From NCBI GenBank assembly GCA_000708835.1, contig DF237218.1, positions 53,233 to 117,232 on the forward strand: a stretch of DNA of 64,000 nt. The letters run 5' to 3'. Position 1 is the stretch's first letter, and the number at the start of each line of letters is the position of its first letter. The notes beneath the pieces were generated by a model. That model had not been told where the DNA came from. It did not search any database and worked only from the letters and a program-made list of their open reading frames with translations. Source of the DNA: Klebsormidium nitens (lineage: Eukaryota; Plantae; Klebsormidiophyceae). Of this stretch, positions 23,550-36,899 are shown piece after piece. The translations under genes were made by a program, and so were the position numbers.

Positions 23550-26045
23550 CGAGAAGCGAGACACAGCAAAGCGGGATCATTGTCTTAACCAAAATGAAAA
23601 CCGCACGAGCTTTGCCGAGCTATGCGACCTCATCTTGCAGACTGCGACAACTGATGGCATGGCGCATGGGCGTCAGAGAAGAGGGATCTTGTTTATATCC
23701 TCCGTTCCCGGAGAATTCAAACTTGATTCCCAATACCTGAAATTGAGGAAACAAAGCGGCCTGCATGGTAGCCGCCAGCAAACTGCAATTCGACATGAAA
23801 CGGGAACCGAGCCTGCACGTAACGAAGGGGGTTTGGAGCATCCGAAACACTTGCGAGTCAGGTGTAGGACGAAGCAGACCTGTGTCTACACAGACACAAA
23901 TGGACAAGAAACCGACAGAGTCGTTCATCCACTATAGTGACGGCTCTGTGGACTAGACACCTTTCGGGCCGGCCAAAGGCTGAGCCTTGTGCGACAAGCC
24001 GGAACGAGCATTTACTCGCCATCCAAGACCGTGCGTTGCATCTCCCAAGGGTCCGCAAACAACTTGGTACATGCTGAGAGGTATCAAAAGCAATCCAGAG
24101 AAAGCAGATGTGAATAGTCATCCTCACAGCTTAGTGTGCTTATTTATCAATTAAGGGCAAAAAACTTATTGCTTGAATGCTGGGCAGCCCTCTCGTTTTG
24201 TGGGCGCACTTCACTTCATGTAGCAGTGAACCCTCGACTACGTAGACACCCCCATGCAGTCTATTCTCGAAGAGGAACAGTTCTCCAAGGGCGTCTCCAA
24301 GGGCGTCTGGATTCGTCCAAAGTGCTGCCCTTGGATCCCGCGGTCCCAAAGGACGAGTAATCAACACGGCCCTCTATCTATCTTCCAGATACTCGTTACC
24401 CAGCGGGGGTCCTTCATTTCTGCGTGTATTCTGTTGAACACCGACAATGCACGTCGCCCTAATGGGAATCAGCTTGCTGGATTGAGAAAGTGGGACGAAA
24501 CACCTAAAAAGGAAAGCAAAACATAGTTATTGAGCTGACATCACCGTCGAAAAATTTGGCAGCCCGCAGTGTCTCGCGCGAGAGAGCGGATACAAGTACG
24601 ACACGCGCAGAAACAGGGAACCGCGCGCACATAGAAGCTGCTGTGCGCGCACCAAATCGACTTTCAAAAATATACAAGATCCGAAGGATTCAGATCCGCG
24701 TTACCAAAGTGTGCGGCGGCGCCATGTGAGCCCAGCTTGCGGCGCCGTCAAAGGACTCTCTCGCCCGCACTGGAACATGCGGCAGCAATCCAAAACATTG
24801 GTACTCGCATACAAACGGCAGCCCCCGGGCTGGCGAAATTGAATTACGGGCAGTTCGCGCGCGTCCAAAACAATCGACTTTATGAAGGTAAACATGGCGT
24901 AACTTTCAGATCTGAGATAGTTTCGACTGTTAGGTTTTTGGGAGTCGTTGCGGGTCAGGAGGTCCAAGTATGTCCTATGAAAAGGATGTATCAGATGGTT
25001 CCATCAAAGGAGGCAGACTTCGGCACCGCCCATCAGGCGGCAATCATCGAGCAGCGCGTTGCTGTTTGCTCAAACGCGAAGAAATAGCGTCATCCAAGCA
25101 ATTACCCGTTGCTGGGAAGAATCGAAAAAGAAAGACGCCATTGATTCAGCAACACTTCCAAGGTTCGTAGTCAACTCTTGCAGCGCTACAGCTGAAGAGC
25201 AAGTGGCCTCAACGAGCACGCTATATCATCGCCGTTTCGAATCGAAAAGAACACTGCACAAAAGAAATCTTTTCTTGGGCAGCTTGAATCTCTCAAATGC
25301 AGAACCCACTGGCATTGAAAGGGCTTCCGAACACAAGCATTCAAGACCGGTTGCAAGAATCCTCAGTCAAGATCGGACACTCAAGAATATCTTGAAAGGG
25401 CACTGCACCACAGAAGGCGGCTCCAAAGCTGAACTATCATCATGTACGGATTCGTTGCCTTACGCGTATGAGGTGGTCGAAAAGCGCCCCAATCTTCCAA
25501 GGCGCATACCAAAAGAATTTGTGTATTCGAAAGAACGGGGACATAATTGCCCAGAGTTGCCCAAGCATTAACTCGCGGCCGTGCGCAGAGTTGTCCCTGA
25601 TGGGCGGCTGCTGCGAGTACTTGCCCGACAAGGCGCAGCGCCGGGGCGCGGCCGTACTTAAAGCTGTTGCGGCTGCGATGTGAGAAGCATCCCGTGTCCG
25701 TAACTGGGCAGCAGAACAGGGGTTGCTAAATGCAAGACGGCCAATCACGCATAAGCAAGATAAAGACTAAAAAGAAGGTCGACTACAAGGACGATTCTTG
25801 AGGACCGAGGTTGAACCGTGACTGCCTGACGACTCGAACGAGCAAACGGCGTTTAACGACCCAAGGTTGCTTTTAAGATTCGCGAGCCTTTCAACGCAGC
25901 ATCCGAAAAGAAACGTAACCAGCGCAAAAAGTTAAGAGACCATTCTATTTTCAAGCTGCAAGAGGGCATCATTCAGGCTGTGCATCGATCGCTGGTGGAT
26001 ATGCCGCCACGTGCTAACCGTCACCGCCTCAACTTGCCATGGTGA
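23550..26045 (-). mobile_element. Decayed group II intron-type RT/maturase ORF (copy 3)
   Basis: WQVEAVTVSTWRHIHQ...LLQLENRM (RT0, ~26040-25950), PPIRD (~25600), FEYTNSFGMRLGR (25531-25495, cf. FE.NSYGFRPGR), LYAS (~24820), frameshifted FPFLG (~24510), LIDK..G(W>*) (~24120, domain X). Confidence 0.7.
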
Positions 26046-27819
26046 GAATTAAGTTGAGGGTTAATTCGAGAGTTAAGTTGAGGGTGAAGTACTGTGAAAC
26101 AGGGTACAGGCCAGGACACGGTGAGTTCTCAGACCCGCCGCTCAAAAGCCCGTCAAACAAGCGACGCCAGGGAAGCATCCATCGGAACGTGCAAGAAACG
26201 AAAGAGCAAAGCCGCACCAAATGCGCGTGAGGGTCCAACGCAAACAATTCATAGGAACACTTTTCGGATCGTACATTTTTACTCCAACCGCGAAAAGGTA
26301 GAAAAGATAAGCTGCGGAACACACTTTCAGAAGAACGTTACTGGGCCTCCGTTAGCAGTGGTTCCGTCATTCAGGCTGGCAGAACTGAAAGTACTTCCTG
26401 GCGGGAGCCTTCTAGATACTACTCCTTCCTGTAATCACAGGCAAGGCAAGGGTCGCTCACAAACGCACCTCGTCAAATTTTCTAAGTTGACTCGTCAATG
26501 AAATAGGAATTCTGAGCCATGCAATCCACGCCCGACGGGGCCTTCTGGTGAATTCATGAGACAAATCTGCTTCTAGGGAACGAAGCGGTTTGTTTGCAAG
26601 ACCATGATGCTAGCAACTAGGCAGGCACTCAAGGAAGCGGGCTGAAGCCAATGAACTGCCACGCTACGAACAGGGCTCAAAAGCCCTCCTTTTGGCCAGG
26701 ATACGGCGCACTAGACAAGTAAAGTGGCCAGCCAACTCCAAACAGAGATCAGCTTCAAATTCGGTGCAGCGGAGCGATGGCAGCAATCTCGAAGAATTTC
26801 ATTCGATCAGTCTTTTCAAATACTCGAGAGCAATCGCGGACTTGCCGCGGAAGCTCAGGGCTGTAAATCACACAATCAAAAGCTCCCTCCCCTTGACGTG
26901 AACGCTCCACGCGTGTGCCGAACCATAGAACGACCCATAAAAGGGTTTAAGATCATTCGGAAATAAGAAGTTGGTCAAGCAGCGCATCGTCAATCGCAGG
27001 TTCCTCACCTTGTTCATTCTCGACAATCGCTCCCGGCAGCGTCCTATAAGCAGGGGAGCGGCCGTTGTCGCAGGCTTCCGCCTTGGGCCACTCATTAGCA
27101 GCAAAAACGGAGCCCCTGCAGCGTGAGAATCCGAATGGGTTTCAGCACGAGTTTTGAAAAAGACGTTTTCCAAGTAAGGTGAGCGCCAAAAAGTCATGGT
27201 GCCCCACTTTTAGCTGAAACGTGCACGAACGTCATTACGTACCTCACACAAAACGGATGGCTGTGACTTTTCGTCGGGAGAAGGTTGCCGTGATCGATCA
27301 ATTCGCAGAAGCGATATGATCGTCTAGATATACTATCAGTCAAGGAGAACCGTCTCGCTTCGTCTTTCAATTCCGTACACGTGAACGATGAGCAAGTGCC
27401 AGTGGTGACGAATCAGAAGGACCACTAAGTGGACGTACGTCTCAGCAGGTTCTGAAATCATGTTTACAAACTCGAGTAGGTAATCCAGTCCGCCCACTCC
27501 TAGCCTAGTCGAGTACAGCAAAGGGTTGCAAGCAGTTCGTTGCATGCTGTTTGAATGCATTTGGCGCTAGAAACTACGCGTAGTGAAGCTTGTGGTGCTG
27601 TCCGTAGATGCATGGGCTTGACTTTGACCCGTCGCTTACCCTTCGTGCATCACTGCAACCACCGCAAACCGCCCTGAGGCGTTCCCACAGCAAAGAGCCC
27701 ACTGGCCTGTTCATGAGCTGCGGGTAAGAGAAAGTCAAGCAGTGTTAATTACTGCAACCAATGTCGCTTGAGAACGACGTGGTGACCATCATCACTTTCC
27801 GTGAGATCTCCAGGAAAGT

Positions 27820-30125
27820 AGAGGCTGCATCTCCCACAACTGTGACCTTGATGCACCGGCTCTGCTCACAGCAGAATTTGCATGAGCCAAGCTCTAGAAG
27901 GCGGTTTCGTCATAGCCCGGTGTAGAAATCGCGAAAGCTGAATATTCATGCAGACTACGGAAGTCAGCAACTTGAACGGGATCAGCTTATTTGTCAAGAA
28001 AGATCGAACCTTAACAACCGACTTATCCTCCAGACAGACCATTCTCAAAGGACAATCTCTACCGGACTAACCTGGACTTCTTTGCACACACCATAAGGTT
28101 GTGAGACTTATGAAGATGCTTTGATTGGGCGCCGGTCAATAGGCAGCTCGACTCCGGTGGTTTGACCACATATGGGCACCAGCTCCGGGATCCTCTGTGG
28201 TGAAATGTTCACCAAGGACTTGGCTTTCTTCAACGCCTCGTCTGTACTGGAATCAAAAGTCAATAGGTGGGAATGAATTATCATTCGTAGCCGCACCACG
28301 TGGTAGAAAGCGCGGTAATACCATGACATGACCCAACGTCCTCAAAAAGTTAAGCTCGGGATGTCTTGGATAAACGCTTGCGGGGAATATGACGCCACAT
28401 CGCTGACCATCGGTGCCGCCGATGAAATACTGCAGCGCGCAAGCAGTAAGCTGAATTGGCTATTAATTGATACTTTAACGGCAGGCGGCTTCGGGGGACG
28501 AAAGGCGACGAATTGTCAAAAGCACACGAACGCTCGACAAGAAGACTGTACTCAAAGCTCTCGTTGGACCAACTTACGTTATCGTAATCGTTGCCCGTGA
28601 AACGAAGCGAGAAAGGTATTGATGGACGCTTCTGGTAGTAACTGAAAGAGGCTCTAAATCAGGTCCAGGTTGCCTCTACAACCTCGGGCAGTCATTTGCA
28701 CGACCTGTCAGCATTCCAGGCAGAAAAGGCCAAACATAAACATCCGCTGGCGCGGACCATCATCAGATCAGGAACCGCAAATCCTGGACGACAACCGTAT
28801 CCAATCTACCAAGTAACGCTTGACTCCAGATCAGTTTGAGAGTTTAAGGTCCGGCGGGGGTTCAACCTTTGAAGGCCTTGTCGGAAAAGCAGAAACGACG
28901 AAGCAAAAAAGTACAAGATTGGGCAGAAGGCGCTCCGATCTGGTAATGCCTTTCAAACTAGAGAACATTAAAATCACATACGAAGTAGGTCCGTCTAGTC
29001 CGATTCACAATGTTTGACCTCCTAGAAACATTCCACACGAAAGCTTGCGATGGAGGAACGCAAATCACATCACAATTGATCCAGATTGCTGATGCAGATC
29101 AACCGTAGCTATATACGAGAAACACCAATACGCCCAACGATGGAAGAGCGTCCTATTTCGTCAGTTCCAGCTCGAAGGATCTTATCGAAGCCGTGACAAA
29201 TTCGAACCCTAAGAAAGAAGTGGCTTGCTTGAGCAACCAAAACCGTTTATCGAGAAGTGTTTCCGAGTGGGCTGCAATTCGGCCGCCTTGGTGGGGCATC
29301 CTGGCAGCACGGCATCAAGAGATCCTGTGACGAAGAGTCCCGTCACCGGATAAGCTGCACGCATCACCGCCCTTCGACGTAATCACCCTGGGAATGTTAT
29401 CGCAAACCCAAAACTGAGCGACATGTATAAGGCGCAAGGGTCGAAAGCGAGGATGTCGAGCGACGGATCAAACGCCTCCACTCCAATCATTGAACGGAGC
29501 CTAGGCTAGATGTACCAACGGTGAAGCGAAAGAGCGTTTTAGGACCACCTTTTGGAGGTGGTCCAAAAGGTGATCCGAAAGCAGTCATTAAAGAGAGTCA
29601 CCCCAAAGAAACAGCTGTGCGAGGAACAGGCTTAGAGCTCGATGGCCTAGGATGTGTTTCATCAGAGCTTCTAATTCAGCTCTTGGGTCCAAAGCGATGC
29701 CTTCAAGGGCGCTGTATGCTTTCTTGAAACCGTCTAACGGACACCTGCGAGGGGCCCAGATTCTGTTGGGTAGTGGCTCTCCGATGGGAACGAGTCAAGA
29801 CGAGTCCGTTTCTCTATCGGCCCAGATCATGGAGAAGACTACGAGATGAAGTTTGAGGAGGGCGGTCACAAACCTGTGACTCTCCAAGGATCAAAACGAG
29901 CGGCTGGCTTTCCACCACCCCACGTTGCATCTTTTAGGGAAGGGTACGTGGGCCTTGCTCACTAAAATGGAAAAGAAACCGATATGAAGAAATGTCACCA
30001 GCGCAAAAGTTCGGAGGACCGCACTAATCTTTTTTCTTGAGCTGCAGGAGGGCAATCCGATTGTACACTGATCAGTGGTGGATATGCCGCCACGTCATCA
30101 ATCATCACCGCCTCAATCTGCCACG
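27820..30125 (-). mobile_element. Decayed group II intron-type RT/maturase/HNH ORF (copy 4) with domain V-like start
   Basis: WQIEAV..WRHIH (30124-30075; ~55-nt nucleotide match to 25985-26041), NDCFRI (~29580), cattcccagggt (PQG-like, ~29390), LN...WYYR (~28340-28315), DCPL...NKLIPF...NIQL..LHRAMTK (28055-27900, HNH), then GAGCCGG at 27862. Confidence 0.7.
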
Positions 30126-31849
30126 TACAAAGTGCAGGGGACAGGCGAAGGCGGGGTGTTTGTGAAAACCTTCCATGTCACAAAGATGAAAGGGGTCCGA
30201 CATAGTTTGCTGAGATCAGTAGAAGGATGACGACTAGCTCGTCAAGCACACCATCAATGTTTGTTTCGATGCACCATGATAAGAATCATGAAGAGTGGGC
30301 GTGTGTCGAACCTCCGGACGGAACATCATCGAGCAGATGTGTTTCGGAAACGTCGAGTACTATAAAGCAGTTGAAAAGCTGGCAATGGTCTAAAGATTGC
30401 TTACATGTGGCTGCTACCAGTTTGAAAACCGGCAGTTACTTTCAAGCGTACGTACGGTATTTTGGAAAGATAGGTCTAAACTTCGGAAAGCGGTAGGGGA
30501 GGCCCATGAGCAGAAAGGCCTCGTAGGCACTAGTCCGATCGTCCAGACTGGTACCACGTTTTGACTAGACGTGTGGCTTGGGGGCGTCATATATGCTACT
30601 CACTTTTCACCAATGCCTGGCGGCTTGAAGTTGCGCCAATAAGCGAGTCAAACATCCCAGCCCGCTCCATAGTGATAGGGATCCGCCACGGGCATCGACC
30701 TAGTTCATTTGCAGACATGTTGAAAGAAGTGCATGTTGACACTTGTCCTTTCAAATTTGTTCGGGGCTGTCCTGGGTCACCATCGAGCGTCACCACGATT
30801 CAAAGCGAATAAGTAAGATAACCCGGACAGTCAGGCAGTTAAAGGATTGAAAAGCCCAGCATCGGGGCAAGTCTCCAGCCGGAAGCTCTTGAAAACAGCA
30901 GCAGAGAGAATGTCCTGCACCTTTGATTAGACGTTAACATTACAGCCCAATGGCAAGGAGTGCTGTTCTCAGCCGTGTACCTAAAGGCTTGAACTCGACA
31001 GTCACCACTTGAGGCCCGAGTTTCGAATCATTGAGCCAAAACTTTGTTTTGCAAGCATCCTCCTAAAGGGCCCACCAACAGTCCAGGATTGGCCCGGTAG
31101 AACTATGAACCACGTACGAAGTTAACCAGCTCGGATGACTGAGTTAAACAGAGGTGGCATCAGAAAGCCAAGCTAAAGCATGACCCAGTTGAGATTATCC
31201 GAGCATCCCGTCGGTGCCAACAAGCGCCTTCGCATGAGCAAAGACTTCGGTTTGCTGAGCATGAACTTCAGATTGCCGAGTAAAGACTTCGGTTTGCCGG
31301 CTTTCAGCTACAACAAAGGGGGAGGTGAGAATGTCAAGCTAAGGTCGGCTTAAGCCCATCATGGGCATTGGGAATTGGCCATACGCGCGCGCATGCTTTC
31401 GAGGATTGAGCGCGTGCACCGTCAGCGACTTTAACAAACTGATCCAAAGACGCGCACAGGTAACCAAATGTAAGCGCTTGTCAAGTTCAGGCAACAGGTG
31501 AAACCGGAAACGATAGGAACGACTAGGCATCCATGGTATAGTCTTCGAAAAACCTGGAGCCGACATCCAGGACTGCCAGACTCAACTAAACAAATCTCTC
31601 CAGAACATTGCTATCGGCCTGAAAGGACGCGCGCATCTGACATCAGCTAACCTGAAAAAGAGATCGCCGACTGCAATCGAAGGGCGATTGTGTGAAAGAC
31701 TGCGTATATTCTTGTTGCTCAGGGTCGAGCAACACTTGGCCTTGATGAGTTGAAGAGTGCGGGACCAACCTGAGTCCCGTTCACCTTGGGATTCTTTATC
31801 TAGGGAACAGGTAAGGTCTTTAAGGATCCACGAGAAGTGTCTCGCCCAG

Positions 31850-33950
31850 GTCAATTGAGAACAAGAATTCCTCTCAACCCTAGCTCCCAAAATTAATTCC
31901 GCCGCTGGTTTTGTCGGTACTATTCTATCCACCTCGAGTGTTATTAGTTGGTGATTGCAATTGTACGTATTGTACCTCGACTGACTTTTCCTCACGCTTA
32001 ACCTGTTCAAAGACGGTTTTGAGACTTGAGTAGCATCTGACACATTGTGGCGCTCCCCGTGTCTCTCGAGACCGGGTCTCTCGTCATTGCTGAAGCCAGG
32101 CGAATATTTGGATTCCACCAGATGCTCCAGGTTGACGCAAAGCAAAACTGTTGCGCTGGCGTAAGCTTTCCAGAACTGAAGGCAAACAGAGTGGCTGGAC
32201 AAGGGTTCTTGACGCCGGTCGCTAGGGGCAGCCGGAATATTGGCGCATAACGTAGGAGCAGGATTTGGCTCAATTGATCACAGTAAAAATGCCAGCTTAT
32301 GCACAACAAGGGACCCCCTTTGCGGTATGGTTAACCGCAAAGCCCAACACAAAAGCCCTTGGAACCATTTAAGTGGATTGACCGGTTCAGGGATCGAGAG
32401 TCGAGACTGCATGAAGGCTCCAAGAAACCACACAAAAAGGAGACGCGCAGACGTCTGGGCCAAGGAAATGTGTTGGCTTGGCAAGCAGCGGATGGCATCA
32501 GAAGATGCGAGAGAGAGAAAATCTGCAACTGGGGCAGAGACCATCAGACATCTCATCACTGCCGGCTTAGTTCTCCAACCACCCTTTACCTGGCTCCGAC
32601 TTGCAGAATCGCGACGGCTGACGTGCACTCCTCTGAGTTCAAGAGATGACGGACGCTGCCCCAGAGGCTAGCCAGTCTTTGATAGCATGCCGTGGAAATT
32701 GTGGCTTCCTTTTCAAGCGATTAAACGGACAGCTAGAACAAAAAAAACCTAATGACACTCGACAAAGACGACCCGCTCCAACCGATCGTCGCATGCAACC
32801 AAGGGCATCCGCACAGCATCGAGTTGACAATCAGCTTGCTGACCGTCCGTGCCATCATGGCCCGCAGATCTGGTCGCTTGATAAAGTTTGCTCCACTACG
32901 CGGGAACAGGGGTGTCTAAGTGGACAGACTTACATGCCCCTTAAAGACTTGGGTCCAACGGTCTACCTGTCGCCACAGCGAGCCAAAATTTACTTCTTCA
33001 AGCCCGACACGCGCTTACCAGACCCACCGACGAACACCCAGTCGCACAAGCGATAGGCTAGAAAGGATAATCTTATTGTGCAGATTACAGCAGCAGCCAC
33101 AACACATGAAGGACCGAAGAGTAGTTTTTGGCCGTGTAGGGTAATGTTATGCCCGAGCGTGCAGAAAAGGCATTCATTTGACCGAGGCGGACGCACAACA
33201 AAGTCTTTAACAACACCGAGCCCGGTTGTCCAGATTGAGTGGTATGAGCGGAAGGAAGGATCTAGCTGGCACATCAACGTCGCAAAGCATCAAGATAAAG
33301 CGTCAACGCAAAGCTCAGTCGCGAATCCATGCAGTCTGCACGCTGGTTTTACCTTGATTGGCAAGTCAAACAGCTTCGATCAAACCCACGTTCTTACTGC
33401 ACTCGCGATGTCAAAGCCGGGCAGCAAAGCGTGACACAATTTTATGGGAATCCCAGCTCTTCCTTTGGCAGTGGTCCCGTCCTCAAATAGATGCTTCGTG
33501 TGACAAATGCTTGCAGAATCTGGACTTTATTCCAGGCCCAGGTCCTTTGAACACCACTTCTTGAATCAGAGTCTAGGAACAGCAAGGCTCGGGTCAATAA
33601 AAACTTTTCAGGGCTTCTCCTAAAAGTACGTTGAAACATCAATACGTGCGACTCGTACCGGACCGGTGTCTCAGGTATTACAAAGTACGATTCGGGGTCA
33701 GAAAAGAATTCGATCTTCTAAAAGCCCACGCCAACAACGGGGCAGCCAGAATAAGCTATTGAGAAAAGTGAGTCAGCGCCAATCAACTAGCATGCTACGA
33801 ATAGGGCTTAAGAGCCATCTTTGTTTGGCCAGGAAGCGACGTTCTTCGAACCATTGTGTATCCGCTCCTTGTGATGGCCGCACTCTTTGAGACAGACTCG
33901 GACTGGTCGCTCAGAAACACAACGAGCGTTTGCAGACTGGTCATGAGGTG
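31850..33950 (-). mobile_element. Decayed group II intron-type RT/maturase/HNH ORF (copy 5)
   Basis: SLQTL (~33935), ELGFP* (~33455, cf. PLGIP), ERGFDRS (~33385), YLDA (~33290), VNPLKW (~32375, domain X), KSQSRYNTYNC..LEVDRIVP followed after a frameshift by SGG (31975-31895, cf. Q.GKC..C..LEVDHIIP..GG). Confidence 0.7.
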
Positions 33951-34139
33951 CTCGCGCTTGTAAAAAGCATACAATGGAAGCCTGTTGCATCCATCGGAAA
34001 GCTCCAAGCGTGCCCGAAAAATGTAATCTGCCCGAGCATTGATTCGAAGCATTCTTCAGGAAGAAGGATCCAGTCAAGCAGTCCGCGCTCAAAGGCATAA
34101 TCCTCACCCGGTCCATTATCAGTGATTCCCCGGCGGCCT

Positions 34140-36270
34140 CTCGTAAGCCGGGCAGCGGTCGCTGTTGCAGGCGTCACTCCCCGAGCCACTCCTCAGAAAC
34201 GACCCAGTTGGTGACGGGTGCTACATCCGAAACGGTTATGCACTAAGACTGCGCGCGTCTGCAACGTACTTCGAGTCAGAATGCTTTTTGTGCACGAAGT
34301 CAATGCAGGCTATTTCTTGGAAAACGCTTCTTAAGGGATCAACTGGACCTCTTTGCACGTAACACGGGATCTGGAGAAAGGTAGGTATGTTCTGAAAATA
34401 GGCGCAATGGCGACTCGACTCCTGTCTTCCGACCACGTGTACAGCATCATCCGACGCGGATCCTCTCGTGGTGAAGCCTTCACCAAAGGAATGGGCGCTC
34501 ATCATTGCCTCGAATGTTCAAAGAGCACATCACAGACCAGAAGACGATTGAGCCGGTCCTAGCAGCACCACAGGCTACTTGGCGCGGTGACACCAGGACA
34601 GCAATCAGGGAATGCTCGAAGAGATTGGCATTTATGCCAACTCCCGATCACTGGAAACGCAAGCTAGTTCTAAAGGATTTTGTTGTCTTTCCTTTGAGTG
34701 GTACTTTTGGATATGGAGACCAAGAATCGTACACAGGAACGTTGACTTTTCCTGGACGCGCCACCATGGAAGCGCCCACAAACAAACGAGCAGAGGCAAT
34801 CATTGATTTGGTCTGCATTGATCAACGCACTCTGACGGCAGAACATCAGCTAGTACCTGCGGCGTCCTTGCCTCGTGAAAGACTCGGTCAAGCATTCCCA
34901 GTGATGGAGTAAACGTCGGCAGACTTGCAATTCCGGCGCTGGAGTGAAAGAAAAGAAACTGCGAGAGATCGGCCCCAACATCCTGAGTTGCGGTTTCGCG
35001 TCTGACTGGGCCGGAACATTTCATGCGCGCTGGTATGGCACCCTCGCGAACGTAAACATACTCGAGATGCTCATTTCCAAGCTGATTTGGCTGGCAATCA
35101 TGGTTCAACAAATGCCAGCGCTGCAGGCAGTGCAGATTCCATTGCCCGTTTTACACGCCAATCTTACGTGAGAAACGGCCGAAGTGGCATACAAGATGCA
35201 CCTGTCATTCAAACAATGTGAGAACTTAGGAGTGTGCTGAAACACCTGTACATGGATACAGACTTGGCTAAAGCAGATTGCAAGTAGCTCGGACATAATC
35301 TTCATAACCTGAACGCGGCATTTCTAAAGACCGCGTCAAACACAACCCTATATTGAAATAAGTTGCAATCAAGAAAGACCAAGCACGTGAGCGCACGAAG
35401 ACGCCTGGAACAGGGAAGAGCTAGATTCTAGTACGCTGCGCCCAAAGGAACGGTGTATTTGAAGTTTGCCCACCATCCTTCTCGAAAACAGACCCGAAAC
35501 CGACACAAGGCCCGTCCAGCAACCAAATTTTGTCCGCCGGTTGCAAAGCCGGTTTTAAGCCCGATTTCGAACAGGTAAACTTGATCATGCGCGTGAGCAC
35601 TCTGATAGCGTCGACGGCGGAACAGAAGCAATCTGCAATTACAGACTTCGGAAGTCTTCACTGCCATGTCAGAGGCCGTCCGTGTGGAGTACCATCTCAG
35701 GACCTCAATCGACATATGCATTTATTCCCAGTGCGTTGTATGTCAAGCTTGAAAGGAAAAGCGTCAGCCCTGACATAAACAACAATCGAGATCGAGATAA
35801 TTGCACTGTCTGAGATAAAGACTAGGGAAGTACAAGCCAAATGCAAAGAGTATTTGACGATTGGACAGGCCTCCGCATGTCCTTGATTGGCCGGCATATG
35901 TCGAGCCGTTGACGTTGCATCCGATCCAGAAGGACTACGCCACAATCCTCGCCGACAGGTGCCGAAACAGAAAACCGTTCGGTAAAGGCATAAACCAGTA
36001 CGTTGCAGAAGTCGACCAAGGATTTGTTCCTCTTAAGCGAGTAAACTGCGAGAAAGGCGAGTGCTGCAGTCAAAGCTCGTGCGGAAACCTATATGTTTGA
36101 AGAAAAGTGAATTGCAGAAGATAAGGCAGCGCTCGTGGGCCACAGATGAGCGGCTGCAGGACGCAGAAAACAATTCTGCCAAGCAGAATCTGCGCTTTCT
36201 TCATTGCCACAACTACAGGTGGTCCCAATTCGTCAAGCGGGCTTCGCTTCATCGGTTGCGCTCTCAACGG
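34140..36270 (-). mobile_element. Decayed group II intron-type RT/maturase ORF (copy 6) ending in domain V/VI-like sequence
   Basis: KKAQILLGRI (~36190), AFLAVYSLKRNKS (~36050), RPIKD..VQ (~35890), KLDI (~35745), LYAT (~35190), PVIGSW (~34645), HVVGRQESS..AYF (~34430). Then gtttctgaggagtggctcggggagtgacgcc (34200-34170), resembling the GGTTCTGAGGAG DV/DVI junction. Confidence 0.65.
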
Positions 36271-36899
36271 CAGGCTCTCTAGAACCTTCCCAGAGAAGTA
36301 AGGCAGCGTTGACTACTTCGGGGCATAAGTACGAACGTTGTTAGCCACAGGACGTGCAAGACGGGTTTGCCTTAAACATACACATTCTGTCCCACTTTGA
36401 GCCGTCCCGTCGGGCGGCTGTCTTTTGGAAGAGAAAGTGAAAGGTTGAGACCGAGTTGCGGGCGAACATGCTCGAGAGCCGTGGCAGAGCGTCTGTGACG
36501 CAAAGCTGGCTTGCGGTGAGTGGTCACCGCAGAGCATTCCTTAGCAACCTTGCCCCGCAATCACAACTTGCTACACAGACCTCATCTTTGTTCAAGGTTC
36601 AAGGCGGAGGTCTCGTAGGAACTACATGCAAGAGCCGCCAGGGGTAAAGGCATCAACCATAAAAAGTTTTTAAGTTGAAAAGTAACTCAAGGCTCGAGCC
36701 TTGACTTCAGGTGCTTCACCAATCATTTCGGTCCGGTTCAAACATTCGGCGAGTCAATCGAGCACAGCTCTCACAAAAATTGCTGACAAAACGAAGTTGA
36801 AGATTTAAGATTCGAACCGAGAAGCTGCTGTTAAAAGGTGCGGGGGCAAACCACGATATGGTCGGCACTTGCACCTGACATTTACTGCTTTTTAAGTGG

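Noticed and set aside
31582-32202. 206-aa ORF as an intact HNH endonuclease gene
   Set aside because: The HNH motif is split by a frameshift after LEVDRIVP; it is the decayed 3' end of RT copy 5.
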